From: Eledone cirrhosa
Taxonomy: Eukaryota
Length of the DNA: 64,000 nucleotides
NCBI GenBank assembly: GCA_964016885.1
Contig: OZ024745.1
Span: 41,850,001-41,914,000, forward strand
Direction: 5' to 3'
Shown in pieces: positions 1-13,679 of the stretch. How positions within the stretch are numbered: the first letter of the stretch is position 1; every line of letters starts with the position of its first letter. The notes beneath the pieces were generated by a model, which saw nothing but the letters and a program-made list of their open reading frames with translations, did not search any database and was not told where the DNA came from. A program made the position numbers and the translations under genes.

Positions 1-62
1 GGCAGGAAACCCCGTTTCTACACGTGTAACACTAAAGGTAACCTGAGGACCCCTTGCCCATT

Positions 63-170
63 TTGGCAGAGTGGTTAGAGTGTTGGGTGTTTGTTCCGGG
101 TGACTGCATTCTGAGTTGAGATTCCGCAAGAGCCAACCTTGTCTTTTATTCCTTCGGTGTCAATAAAGAA
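63..170 (+). mobile_element. Degraded tRNA-derived SINE
   Basis: A-box-like TGGCAGAGTGGTTAG, B-box-like GAGTTGAGATTCC, then a decayed core CCTTGTCTTTTATTCCTTCGGTGTCAATAAA. Confidence 0.55.
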
Positions 171-470
171 ATTCCCAACGCGGAGTTGATGCATCCTTCT
201 CTCCTTCCAGCTGCCACATTCTGAATGTTGCACTAGATCAGGGAATAGAGGGTAGAAAGGATGTATGTCTGCTTGTGACTGCATGGACACCTAAAGCCCT
301 TAGCGAAAAATTAGTAGATACTACCAAATCATACTCGATTGCAAGTGAGAATTGTAGTTAGTACCAGCATATTTAGCAGCAATGAGTGACATAAGAGATG
401 TTCAACATAAAATGTCGTTGGGTTCTTTATATTCCTTGAACGTAATCCGTCTATTACATATTCCAATTTT

Positions 471-594
471 AAAGATGAAAGGCAAAGTTGACCTCGGGTG
501 GATTTGAACTGATTAGAATGTAAAGGATCGTAAATAGAGGTCGCAAAACATTAGTTTCAAGGCTGTAACTATTCTAACTACCTCCAGCTCGCTA
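471..594 (-). mobile_element. Degraded SINE (family A-related)
   Basis: GATGAAAGGCAAAGTTGACCTCGGGTGGATTTGAACT matches the family A core/B-box on the minus strand. Confidence 0.65.
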
Positions 595-1265
595 AGGTGT
601 ACGAAATATTAATCATGAAATATTAAACATGACCTTGATAAATATTGCCAAAAGCATACTAATGCACCATTTGTTTCGAAAATGTTATAAAATGATTCAT
701 AAGAATAATTAGAAGATTGGAGAGAAGAAGGGGGGATGAGAAAGGAGGAGTATGTGTATGATATCAACGTTTAACTGCTACTATTAAGTTATCTTTTAAT
801 CCTTCAAATACACTTGATCCAATAACTGAAATACACCCAAAATATAGAATAATCAAGATCCGCTAATTGCTGTATAAAAGAATGTTCACGTGAGTCATTA
901 AAGTATTATAAATTGTTAGTATACCTTTGTTAACACCACAAGGACTCCCTCACTGTGTTAAACATGCCTAAGTAAGGGCTAAGTAATTTGGTGTGTAAAT
1001 GTGATTTAGTTGATTAGTTTGGTGCTTCTTCAATAATGCCCCTTAGCACCTCAGGCTGTATTATATACTGTGTAAATTATCGCTATATTATTGTGAGGTA
1101 CGATAATTGCAAATAAAACGCTGAAATATTTCTGGGTGTTTTATACTTTTACACATTTCTGGATGGCGTGGTGTAATTACTGCACGATATTGTCATATGT
1201 AAAATATGCCCCCCTCTCCCTTCTCTCACTACGTACATATATACATGCATACATTTATACTTACA

Positions 1266-1301
<36 letters not shown>

Positions 1302-1306
<5 letters not shown>

Positions 1307-1560
1307 CAGTATATAGACAGAAAACACAAAAGTGGGGTTATGTTTTCATTTACAAGGGGAAGAGAACCACTAAAGTGAAGGATATAAGGTCTACGAAAAG
1401 TGAAGAAAATACATAATAATGTAAAGCCCTTGTAAATGAAAACATAACCCCTTTTTGTGTTTTCTTCTCTATATACTGTATTATTGAGAGCCCGGTAATG
1501 TATTCCTTGAGCTCATAAAATTGCAGGGGAGTAACGTGAGTCTTTAACTCCGTTTTTTTT
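1302..1560 (+). mobile_element. (TA)n-flanked non-coding element with 5' inverted segment (Penelope-like terminus?)
   Basis: Inverted repeat 1302-1357 / 1427-1482; 3' part (GAGAGCCC...TTGAGCTCAT...CAGGGGA...CTCCGTT) resembles 63090-63171; (TA)n on both sides. Confidence 0.5.
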
Positions 1561-1563
1561 CCA

Positions 1564-1595
<32 letters not shown>

Positions 1596-2204
1596 CATAA
1601 ATATCATAATACGAAAGGTGATGCACAGCTGTAGCTGTCTGTTAGTCCTATGCAGCTGTTTGCATTTTCTGCTCATAAAATATTTATATATATCAACGCT
1701 GCACGCGACCATTTTTGGGGTAAACTGCTATGACACCATCTCTCCTCTGTTTCTCTCTTTGTCACCCTTCTCTCTTTCTCCCCCTTTCTCTCTCTTTCTA
1801 TTTACTTCTCTTCTACTTTCACCTTGTTCAACCTTTCATTACTTTCAGCATTAACATGTTGCATATTGTACATGCAACGTTCGTTGTGTCTATTTTTAGT
1901 AATTTCTTAGGAATTTTTTTACATATTTATTTCTGTTATTATCGGAAGACACCCGCAAATTTTCCTGTCCGTCCTTTGTTTTATTATCGACTCACATGCA
2001 TCTTACCAACACAACGGTTTTCCAATCTGTTGCGCAAATTGGCATTATAAGTGCAATAACCCTTTGATGTGTGAAATTTCACAAAACTAGGTGCTGACGA
2101 TGTAAAAATGCAGCTGTCTGTTCGTCCTGTTTAACTATGGGCATTTTTTACTGATACTATATTTATATATATCAACGTTACATGCGGTCATCTGTATGTA
2201 TGTA

Positions 2205-2260
<56 letters not shown>

Positions 2261-2310
2261 TATTATTATTACTATATATATATATATATATATATACAAA
2301 CATATAAATA

Positions 2311-2476
2311 AGGCGGAGAATTGCCAGTGTCTTTTGAACGTCGGATAGAATGCTTTATATTATTCGTCCCGGCTCTCCTCTCTACTCTCTGAGTTCAAAT
2401 CCTGACGAGGTCAACTCTGTCTTTCATCCATTCAAGGTCAATAAAAAAAAGTACCAATCTAGTACTGGAGTCGATT
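2311..2476 (+). mobile_element. Old SINE copy (family A-related)
   Basis: AGGCGGAGAATTGCCAG...GAGTTCAAATCC...TCTTTCATCC...GTACCA. Confidence 0.7.
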
Positions 2477-3606
2477 CTTCCTCTATATCTCTTTCTCATT
2501 TCCTCTCTCTCTCCATATAGCTGCAAAACTCACTTTTTAACCACACGATAGTACTGACGATTTATAAAATATGTATAATTTATTTAGCCCAGATCTGACA
2601 AACAATTTAAAGTGTTTCAGTTTTAAACATTCTTGTTCTTTTACTGCCTAGTTTATCAAACATTCCACCATCCATTGCTTCATTCGTTTTCTTAAGGCAA
2701 TAGATTTTGAATTAATGAAATTTTGGCTGCTATTGTTAACAGATCAATCGATTTCGTAGAAATATTGTTGATAGTGTTCACACCCGGAGTGAGATGGGCT
2801 CCGCCAGATTTATAATGCCCCAGTCACGCCGTGTTTCACGACAGCGACCCTATGACACCATCCTGAATTATGGGCCCGTACATACATACATAGATACATA
2901 CATAGGAATTATGATTTTATATAAATGCAAAAAATAATATACAAATATTTTTTCAGATATGATAAATTTATAACAACATTATCTAATGTCCTCTATTTTT
3001 TTATGACTATAGGGTGGCATTTGGGGATCAATTGGCTACTATTTATAGCAGATTGGGCGATCGTATATTAAAATATTGTGTTTATTTATATCTAAGTGGA
3101 CACATGTAGTTGTAGGTCTAACATTGAATTACTTAGAAAAGCAGACTTTGCTACACTTGGCTATAAAAGCTCAAATAAATCGGTGTAAATAACAGAAAAT
3201 GATAATGTAGCAGTAAATTTAAAAAATAAAGTACCAGTAATATACTTAGTTAAATTCAAATACAAATTCCGATTCCCGTCAAAATTTGTGACATGCGTTA
3301 ATGTTAGAAGTGAAAATTGGGACAATTATATTTCTGCCTCTAAAAAATGTTTCGGAACATGGATATGTGATACGGAGTAGGGGAAAAAGAAAAGAAACAA
3401 AACTTTAAGGAAAAGAGTTAGTGTAACCATGAACTGCATATCACTTTCTCTAACTAATTATACATACATAGATATAAGTACACATACACATACACGCACA
3501 AACACAAACACTCATATACACATATATATTTATATATATGTATATGTGTGTGATAGTGTATATGTGTGTATTTATGTATTTATATATAAATACATGCATT
3601 ATATTT

Positions 3607-3681
3607 GGGGTCGATAAAATAAAGTACCAGTAATACACTGGATTAATTGCTGGCCTTGTTTGTGTCAAAAGTAGAAACAAT
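3607..3681 (+). mobile_element. SINE family A, 3' fragment
   Basis: GGGGTCGATAAAATAAAGTACCAGTAATACACTGG...AAGTAGAAACAAT. Confidence 0.85.
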
Positions 3682-5088
3682 ATATATATACAGTATATAT
3701 ATAACACAAACATGTCTATAAGAATATATACATAATCCACACACATATATATATTGTATATGTGAGTTTGTCCGTGTGTGTGTGTATATGTATTTATGTA
3801 TTTATTGGATTTTAGTCTTCAAATTTATTATTATTACTATATATACAAATATGGATCTAAGACTATATACACATTACACACACTTTCATAAATAGGGCTC
3901 ATATGTCTTACTTGTTTGAGTAATTTCATAGTAAATAAACAAAAACAAGTGTTCTAGCCATTAACTTTACTCTAAAGTTGTTGTAATTTACGAAGGTTCG
4001 TAACTGGTTCAGCACTTCTAAAAATAGATTGTTTACGTGTTACCCTTTTACGACATTAATCATTGAACAAAATTGAATACATCAATGAAATGTTTAATAT
4101 AATGTGACGATGTTATGAAGATTTATCAATGTATGTATCAAAATCATTTATATGAACGTGTAATTTCTACTGAACCCGCAAGCGAAATAGAACTAAAAAA
4201 AAAATGTGTTTTTATTATTTCATTAGTCGATTAAGCAAAGTGAGTTAAAACGCTAGGATTCTGTACAGTTCCTGTAAATCTTTGGTTTGTGTATGTCTGT
4301 ATATAAATAACGTTTGCAACCTTCAAAACTTAAACTAGTATATATTTAAGTAGTTACAAACTTCAAAACGTAAATTAGTATCTAGTATATATTTAAGTAA
4401 AGTAGTTCCAACTAGACGTTCAAGCAATATTGAATTTTATCGAAGAAAATGTACTATAAAAACTCATAAACACATTGTAGATATTTGGAGACTTTAAATG
4501 TAGCATTATCGAATAAGAAAGTTGTGAAATCTTCAATTGAAACATATCAATATTTGTTTATCGTTTTATCTAGCATATCATTACAGTTAAATCTGTTGTG
4601 AAGTACACGATTTTCTGATATCGTAAACCATACTTAACTTGTCCTCCGTTGATCTTCATGAAAGCATAACACATCGTTGACATGCTCCGCTTGTCGTTGT
4701 GTCATGCACCTTACAACTTCCCAAAGATATTTACGCTCTGAACACCAAAGGGACATCATGGCATTTGTATTGTGCCGAATCTTTCATCCAACAGTATGAG
4801 ATTACACTATTCTTTTTGTTTTTTTCTCACCTGTCAATTAACTTCCCTCATTCCTCATTTCACCTTACCATCCCTTCTCTACAATTCGTCCCCACCCCTC
4901 TTCTTTTTCCTCGAACCTTTTATTGTTACTTTCTCCCTGCTCTGTCTCTGTTGTTCTTGCTTCTGCACCTTCTACCCCCTCCCCATTCTCACTCCCTCTA
5001 TACCTCTTTATATTATTTTATATTTTCTGTACAGAACGAGGTCAAATGTGTAATTTTCTGTCCGCACATAATAAGAATACAACTCGTG

Positions 5089-5090
<2 letters not shown>

Positions 5091-5170
<80 letters not shown>

Positions 5171-5299
5171 ACACACACACATACACACACACACACATAT
5201 ATATATATATATGCGTGTATTCACTTACATATATTTATGCATACAGACTCATACATACATACATAAATTCATATATACACAGACACACATATGTATGTA

Positions 5300-5381
<82 letters not shown>

Positions 5382-5404
5382 GTGTGTGTGTGCGTGTGTG
5401 TGTG
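5091..5404. repeat. Compound (CA)n/(TA)n/(TG)n microsatellite block
   Basis: Directly visible. Confidence 0.95.
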
Positions 5405-5938
5405 TCTGTAGAACACGAGTTGAATTCTTAGTATCTATTTCTTATGTTTTTCGTTGTCTTCAATACCGTATAATATAGTATGTGTTTATACTATTCTTTC
5501 GTTTGTTATTTCATGATTAGTTTAAAGACATGCTCTATCAAATACGATCTCGTTCAACAGCACTTAAAACACTGTATACACTAACTCACACGTAAATATT
5601 TACACATCAACTGTCATCTATTACGCTCTCCGTACCCCCTTTCTCTCTCTCTCACGCACACACACATACACACATATATTCATAAATATTTCCATAAATG
5701 TATATTTGAGGGAGAAACGGAGGTGACCTCCACTGGTCTTGATGATGTTTGATCCAGATGTTCGATCAGCGGAACGGTCTGCTCATAACATTAACCTGCA
5801 AGTGGCTGAGCATTTTAAAGACAAATATTCTCTATTTTATTTAACAAGCTCTTCTCGACTGGTCCCGCTTGAAGACGTTTGTTTCAGTCAGGACACACTG
5901 AAAGGCTTGCTTGAGGACTCTCCCGAGAATACGTCAGT

Positions 5939-6023
5939 GAAGAAGAAGAAGAAGAAAAAGAAGAAGAAGAAGAAGAAGAAGAAGAAGAAGAAGAAGAAGA
6001 AGAAGAAGAAGAAGAAGAAGAAG
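5939..6023. repeat. (GAA)n microsatellite
   Basis: Directly visible; source of the poly-K/S/F ORFs. Confidence 0.97.
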
Positions 6024-6145
6024 ACTGTAGCACTCGTGATATGCTTCCTTCCAACAAAATGATCTCCCTTGAAGTCATTCAAATAGCACATAGTCTTTCT
6101 ATTAAAGTGGACAATAGATTAAGTATACTATTCATGTAGACTACA

Positions 6146-6387
6146 GTGGGGTTTAAATTCAGAACGCAAGAAGTCGAAATAAATATTAAAAGGCATCCCA
6201 TCCAACCTTCTACTGATTCTACCACCCCACCGCTCTAGACAGGTATTTTATTTATCGAACCTGGAAGGATGAAAGGCAAAGTTGTCCTCGGTGGGATTTG
6301 AATTCAGAATGCAAGAAACCGTAATAAACCCGCAAACGCCTTTCCTTCGACCTCCTAACGCTTCTGTCAATTGTCAATTTGCCGTTT
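6146..6387 (-). mobile_element. Two adjacent degraded SINE copies
   Basis: TTTATCGAACCTGGAAGGATGAAAGGCAAAGTTGTCCTCGGTGGGATTTGAATTCAG, plus a second B-box-containing 5' half upstream. Confidence 0.7.
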
Positions 6388-7084
6388 TAGAATGAAATTC
6401 TCAACGCAGCTCTTGTTCATTCCTCATCCACTTCTCGGGAATTAAAGAATTGTAAATGTTTTGTGAAATAAGTCCAAATAATTTCCCCAAATGGTTTTCC
6501 TGCACCCTGCAGCAATATTGGATATTTCATCATTATCCATAATTTACAACCATACACTCCGAATAAAACATATTTTATGATACTATACTATTTGGTGTAA
6601 TTTGGTCTTTAGTTAAATTATATAATATATCTCTGAAAATCGTAAATTCTATAACATTGTTCTGAATAAATGATGCGTTCAAACTTTTAAACATTTTTGT
6701 GTTTCTATTCAATCTATATGTATTTAACCTACTGCATACGCCAGACAATGACTATTTTAGTATCAAGCGGAATCTCAATTTGTTTCCAACAATGAACGCT
6801 AGAATTAGGAAAGAATAAAAATGTGCGAAGGAAAAATGGTGAAAAATACTGACAATGATAATTATCAATCTTTTTTTACCTTTGAAATATAATTTCATTC
6901 TTATTATCAAACTAACTCTTGGTAAAACGAAGTATCATTAATTTTCTTACGATTATTTCAGAAAATTTTTTAATAGGAATTATTAGTATTTTTATGCAAA
7001 TCCTAACAATGAATGTTGACAATTCTTCGTTCCTATTATAACAGTGAATTTTCCAATGTGAATATGTGCATCGGTTCTATATAA

Positions 7085-7277
7085 AATAATTGTTTCTACT
7101 TTAGGCACAAGGCCAGCAATAACCCAGTACATTACTGGTACTTTATTTTATCGACCCCGTAAGGATGAAAGGCAAAGTTAACCTCGGCGGGATTTGAACT
7201 CAGACTGTAAAGGGACGTAACTATGCTAGAAAGCATGGCGTCCAACCCTCTACCGATACTGCCAATTCACCACCCTT
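7085..7277 (-). mobile_element. SINE family A, full length, with TSD
   Basis: On the minus strand: A-box TGGCAGTATCGGTAG, B-box GAGTTCAAATCCC, core GCCTTTCATCCTTACGGGGTCGATAAA, ATT tail; TSD TTCTATATAAAATAAT. Confidence 0.93.
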
Positions 7278-7320
7278 CTATATAAAATAATGTTCTATAT
7301 AAAATAATGACAAGGAAAAC

Positions 7321-7410
7321 AACCGATGGCAACTTCTTTTTCCATCTTTATAGGTCTTCACCTTATTTTGTAAGCTATTTCATAGCATCGCCACGCATGA
7401 GCAATTCATA
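7321..7410. repeat. Dispersed repeat, related to the 48258-48460 fold-back element
   Basis: AACCGATGGCAACTTCTTTTTCC...TAAGCTATTTCATAGCATC...GCATGAGCA matches both arms at 48.3 kb. Confidence 0.75.
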
Positions 7411-8949
7411 CTTTATATATATATATAATATATTGTATTATATATATTAAATATTTTATATATTACGTATTAAGTATGTCTGTGCGCGTGGGTGTGTATG
7501 TATGTATACTCGCCACAATACAGATAACTAAATACATTGAGTAAAATACACCTAGATACGAAAAAAGTGGATAGAGAAGCCTACGGGAGATTGAACTACG
7601 TATCTCGTGTATGCCGAGCGAGCCTGTTTAATCATTACATGTAATATATAAGTATGTATATTATATTTAGGAACATTTGTTGTTATACAGAAATAAAATT
7701 CGGACTCCTCGCGTTAATAGCGTGAATTGTAAAACATGTCTAACTTTTAACAGATCGGATATATATATAAGCATTAGAGAAAACACAGTTCTCTATTGTA
7801 ACCAATGAGAGAACTGTATAATTGATGTGGGTCTTTGTTTGTTTTAGATTCTAGTGTTATTCTCGTTATAGAATACATATCTAGCGAAGTACCTTACTGA
7901 TGGTGATAACGTTGTATGTTTTAACGGCTTTGATTCACCTATGCACATTTTTATCATAGGCAATAGAAATCTCAGAGGATTAACGACTATGATCTTTCTA
8001 TAGACGGGGCATATAAAACAGAGATACAATTCGAGGTAATAGACTTGGTAAGGAATAAATATACTTGTAATAAAGTCATTGATAGAAATACTACAGTTAC
8101 AATTCTCGTTAAACTAAGATAAATCATGTTGTCATTGAAAGAGCCATATTTCTCATAGTTATCTTATCTATATTTATGAGGATCTTTGAAATAGGGAAGT
8201 TATAACTTTAGTTATCAGTAAGAAGGAACATTACAAATTTCCCTTGCATGAGTAAATCCCGAAGATGAATTATCACCTTAATATGATAGTCCCATTAAAT
8301 AACGTGTAAATCCCTTTAAGTGATTTACTAAATACACTGCTTGGCAGTATTAAATTGTATAATATTGGTATTATAATGTATACATAAGTTGGCATTAGTG
8401 GTTGCATAAAGCAGTTTCAAGTCATAGAAACAAACGCAGTGTGAATTAGTGAAATATAAGTGTTTGATATAGCAAATTCTTTTACTATTTGCCAAGTGAC
8501 GTGACAGGTAAAATGTTTATGTGGGAATGTGTATGTGTGAATGTTGGTTTGTGTATTCATATGTACTTGTGTGTACGCAGATATAGGAATAATGGCAGAT
8601 ACGCGCCCGTACACACACAAACACGCACACACACACATACACATGTACACAGGCGTGTGCACACACACTCATGCACACATACGCACACGCGTGCATACAC
8701 ACACATGCACATATGCGCAAACACACTCACAATCAAGTAGCTAAGTGTCATTTTATATTGACTTCTTTAATATGAAAGGCGTTATGATGCCGAAGACGAT
8801 CACCATACATAATATACATATATATATATATAATGTGTGTGTGTGTCTATATGTGTGTGAGCGTGTGTGTATATATATTTCTCTATATATATATATTTAT
8901 TTACACACACACACACAAACACACAAACACAAACACACACACACATTTA

Positions 8950-8994
<45 letters not shown>

Positions 8995-8998
8995 ATAC

Positions 8999-9054
<56 letters not shown>

Positions 9055-9717
9055 GCATTTATATACATACGTATACAGACATGCGCACGCACATGCATAT
9101 AACCATCTATGATAGTTTTTTTTCTTTTTAAACATATTATATCTAAGACTAAAGTAGCCAACACGTTCTCACATTGATAGGAGACTTGGTTGCTATTTCT
9201 AACATGTCGAATGACCACGTTAACGTTCCAGTGTTAGCTTAAAACGTATTTAAAATTGAAGGTTTGTCTGGGCGACAATTTTCAAAGATTTCATGACATT
9301 TGTCAGAAAAATTATTATCATCGTCATTGAAAATTATTATCATCGTCATCAAAAATTATTATCATCATTATCATCGTCATCGTTGTTCTAATCGTTTTCC
9401 TCGTCGTTCTCATCGTCGTTATCGCCATCACACAGTGAAAATCTTAGCCTTTTCCATGTCCCTCTCCAAATCTCTCGCTTCTTATAAGCAATATGTTCTA
9501 CAGAGTTTATATTTAGTTGATATTAGCTGATATTTGTAGTTACCAATGTGATGTATGGATATGGAGTTGAGTTGGTTTGTTCTGAAATCTATCACAATTA
9601 ACAACTAGATTCTTATAAACAGAGTAGCATAAGTTGTCTCCGTTTGCATTCAAGTGGGGTTTTTTATCTCGACAACGATGAACCAATGTCATTCGGGTCA
9701 TATTGTCAACACTGTTG

Positions 9718-9860
9718 TCTATCATCATCGAAGTCGTATTTGTCGTCATCATCATCATCGTTTTCATCGTCATCTTCGTCATCGTCGTCGTCATCGTCAT
9801 CGTCGTTGTCGTCATCGACGTCGTCGTCATTTTCGACGTCGTCGTCAGCATCATCACCAT
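9718..9860. repeat. Degenerate (TCA/TCG)n trinucleotide repeat
   Basis: Directly visible. Confidence 0.9.
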
Positions 9861-10518
9861 AATACATGTATTTACAATGTCAAGATATTTTCACTTTAAC
9901 TCATATTTATTTTTACTCTCGAATAGCCTTGTAACTCAGGCTGGTATTGTATTTCAGTTGTATTAGCTATGTCAGTCCACACTCTTTTTACGTCATACTA
10001 TGTCAATCATTCTCAGCTTAATATCATGTCACATCGTTCTTAAGTGCTGCCCTACTGAACTTACTGGTGGTGCTTATGTTCTTCTCCTCTTGTATACAGT
10101 TTCTTACTATTTATATTCTGCAAGCAACAATGCTAGACTTATAACAGTAAACACTCTCGATTCAGCTGGTTCACGACCACTCATAGAAAACCTGTCTATA
10201 GCCTCTATGCGGTTGCTATTAGCAATAAGAGCCAAATCTCCCTCAAATCACACTCTTCTATCTTAACAAATGATTCATAGGGAAATATAGCACTAGATAT
10301 ACAAAATGATTGGATGGTCATGAGCGGAATGTTTTTGATCATAGGTTTAAGTGATCAAGACTAGCATGGAGTTAGACAACCGCTATCTATGACTGCCAAT
10401 TCTCTGTGTGCTTGTGTACACGCGTGTAAGTCTTTTCAACAAAATAACAACAACAACAATAACAGTAACAAACTTAGAAACAATGTATTTAACTATAATT
10501 CCATGAAAAAACAATTAC

Positions 10519-10684
10519 CTGAATTTAGGTACGGAGGCGTACCTCGTGGATGAACCTGGTCTATGTAACCTAAGAGACCCAGCTTGATATCTGGGGTATT
10601 ACCGTTTTAAGAAGAAAAACTATTCGTGATGATAGCAAATCAAAGACTTGTTCTGATCCCTTTACTGTTGGAGCAGCCGGTCAC
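10519..10684 (-). other. Candidate spliced exon (166 nt; no frame open end to end)
   Basis: Minus strand: ATTCATATTTTTCAG|G acceptor and CAG|GTAATT donor around non-repetitive, more GC-balanced sequence. Confidence 0.3.
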
Positions 10685-12489
10685 CTGAAAAATATGAATA
10701 AATAAATAATTAGAACAATAAATAAATAAATACATCGGTGGAGGATATAATTAATAAGTTACGTAAAAGTTACACAACAATTATAAATTATCTACCATAT
10801 GTAGAGTAAGTTGGTGTGTGGAACCTATCCACTCGGGGCAACAGCGCCGAGGTGAAATGTTTTTCTCTATAGTACTAGAAGCCAAAATACAATAATTGTT
10901 TAAACATTGTTGCAGCATTTTGTGGTACTTATCTTCATTGATAGTTAATGGAACATTTGAACGTAAGTATTAAAATGAAAGTTGTGTGATTACTTCCTGA
11001 TGTCTGTTCATATCCTGGCTATTCTTGATAACAATATCAACAGAACAGAGCCCATGATATGTTTAGAATGACAGCATTAATGAAATATACAAAGAATTAT
11101 ATTTAAAATACATTTCCTGAGATCAAGTAGTTTGTATGAACCATAAACTGTAGTCTGAATTTTAAGTGATACTTAAAAGTGATACATATTGAATCACTGT
11201 ATCCCAGGGATATTTTATTTGTTCAGACAGTTTGGAGGATACAAAACCATACGTGACAAGCTGGATTCTTTGAATTTATTACAATGCTCTTTTCTATAGC
11301 TGGTTTTCAAAGGTGGAAGGTAATGCCCGCAGCTTGTCACAGCATTCTTGAAAAAGAATGGATCTGATATGCATGAGAAAACTCCTGACAGATCGACGCT
11401 TAGCTATAAATAACCTCTCCAGAAATATTTCTTTTATCTGTGGTCATATGAAAACAACATCTGCTTGATGAACAGATTCTTATTTGTCAAAAATCGTCAT
11501 TCGCCTCTGCTTAACGCCTATCATATCATCTCCTACGCTTTGTCCTGCTTCACACGGGTATGAACAGTTCCAGTGCGGTGCTATTTTAGTGAAGAAAGCA
11601 TGCATTACATCTTATCACAAACGTAAGAAGAAAAAAGTGACTCAAACAGAAATAGGAGATAGATGTGGCATTTGTAAAGTTTGAATGTTGGAGCTAGTGA
11701 AACAAGAAGAGCAGGGGCTGTGATAGCAACAGTAAAACGTGTAAGAAGATATTCTATGCGTTAAGCGAAGGGAAATGAATATTGGAGGCGAATGAGAAGA
11801 TATTCACCAAGCAGAAGGATTGTCCATCGATATTGTCAATAATATCCCAACGTAACAGGAATAATTATTGGTGAGGATAATTAATACATAATCATAACGA
11901 AGGGCTGATCTGTTAGTATTCGTCTCATGCTATATTTTCATAATTTTATATATGTTTAGCTCTTATAATATATAAATTCGAATATTTTTAATGTTTAAAT
12001 TAAACAACATATTCAGTACAATCAATGCTTAATTCTTCTGTTAATTTGAAAACCGACAAATATTCTATCGTATGTATGGTATGCAAACTTTGATGCCTTT
12101 TCTATGATGCTTTTGAATCATGTACAATACAAAAGAATTTACTCGATAAACATAAAAAACCAGTAGTCTCTCACAGTGTTCACAAATATACGTTTACGAA
12201 CTATTACACTTTTATTTCGACTAGTTTTCAAAATATACAAGTCTGTGTATCCTCCATGACCTCTAAGAAATAGCACACAAATATTCCTCAAATTGTATCT
12301 TAACGTCATAAAATAAAGCTAGACATGATAATATAGTTCTGAAAAAGTACGAAACAGTTACAGCTGAAATAGTTTCCATCATAGGTTGTATGGACTTAAT
12401 GTATGGTGTTATTGTAACATACTATGTTTAGAAAGAACAACAGCCATTTTAAGGCGGCTTCTATTTCAATGAGGTAAAATCTTATTCCT

Positions 12490-12491
<2 letters not shown>

Positions 12492-12570
<79 letters not shown>

Positions 12571-12588
12571 CACACGCACGCGCGCGCA
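12492..12588. repeat. (CA)n microsatellite grading into (CG)n
   Basis: Directly visible. Confidence 0.95.
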
Positions 12589-12930
12589 CTTATAATACAC
12601 TCCACTTATCAATACAAACATTCATCATTTTGAAAGTAAATTTAACATTTCAAAATTGTGCAAATCAATGTTCCAAGTTAAATTGCGTATTTAATATATT
12701 TTTCAAGAAAATTCTCAAATTTCAAGATGAAAATATCAAATATCTCAATGCTATGTTATTTTAGCTATTGTTGGATAGTTTTATCTTTTTTCCTGCACGA
12801 GAAACTACAAATAGAGAAAAAAGTCAAACAGAAAAAAATTGAAATATTTTTGTTCATAACAACCTTCTATATATTAGCAAAAATAGTTTTTTTGGTTTTC
12901 TAATATTAATGTTGTTTTTTTATTTTTGTT

Positions 12931-12962
<32 letters not shown>

Positions 12963-13679
12963 CTATATTCGAGAAATAACAATTTAACCCATCAATCACT
13001 TAGGCAATATCTTAGAGAGCCAATAGTTAAGCAGTAGACTAAATACCTTTTAGAATTTATTTTTGCCGTTTTACGTCGTGAGTTTAAATAACACAAGAGA
13101 AATACTTTACGTTTCATAGACACAATCCGTACCAGGCAGGTAACGGTGTCGAGTAACTTGCTTATACTCCTCCCTATAAACATGTTGCCAAATCCAAATA
13201 CTAATGTAGAAATGTAATTATATAAGAAGAAACCTTGAAAAAAATGGTAGAATATTGAACCTATTCCTTACAGTGTTTAATTTCTCAATTTTTTTATTTC
13301 AATTCCTATTAAAGTTAGTTTTGTTTTTAGCCTGTTCGTGATCGATAAAGAAACTGTCTATATTTCATTGATATAGAATCAATGTAATACACAAATGAGC
13401 ACAAACGGCCTCAAGCTTAGTCGAAATATAAAAATACTTTTTCTTTATAAATTGTAAATATGTTCACATGGAAACCTTTAATAAACATAGGCATCCTCCA
13501 TAGAGGGTGGAGCACTCTCTGGAGGACGGACTTGAAATCAACTAGACTGATGTTATCACTATACTTAGAGTGTCCATTTGTCTTCGTCCTACTCAGGCAA
13601 AAAGAGAAGGAGGAGCAAGTAGTTTATAACTACTTATTGAAAGGAACGCTCCGAGTAACAGGCGCTGATTTTCATTATT

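Noticed and set aside
1619-2192. Diverged ~85-bp direct repeat (1633-1712 / 2109-2192) as LTRs
   Set aside because: No TG..CA ends, PBS or TSD; likely an old duplication
5739-6062. ORF around (GAA)n as a gene or transposase tail
   Set aside because: Mixes SINE remnant and microsatellite; similarity unconvincing
7085-7277. A/B boxes in SINE heads as tRNA genes
   Set aside because: No cloverleaf; embedded in dispersed SINEs with TSDs
11330-11480. Possible mariner transposase N-terminal remnant (TDRR)
   Set aside because: Too decayed to support by eye
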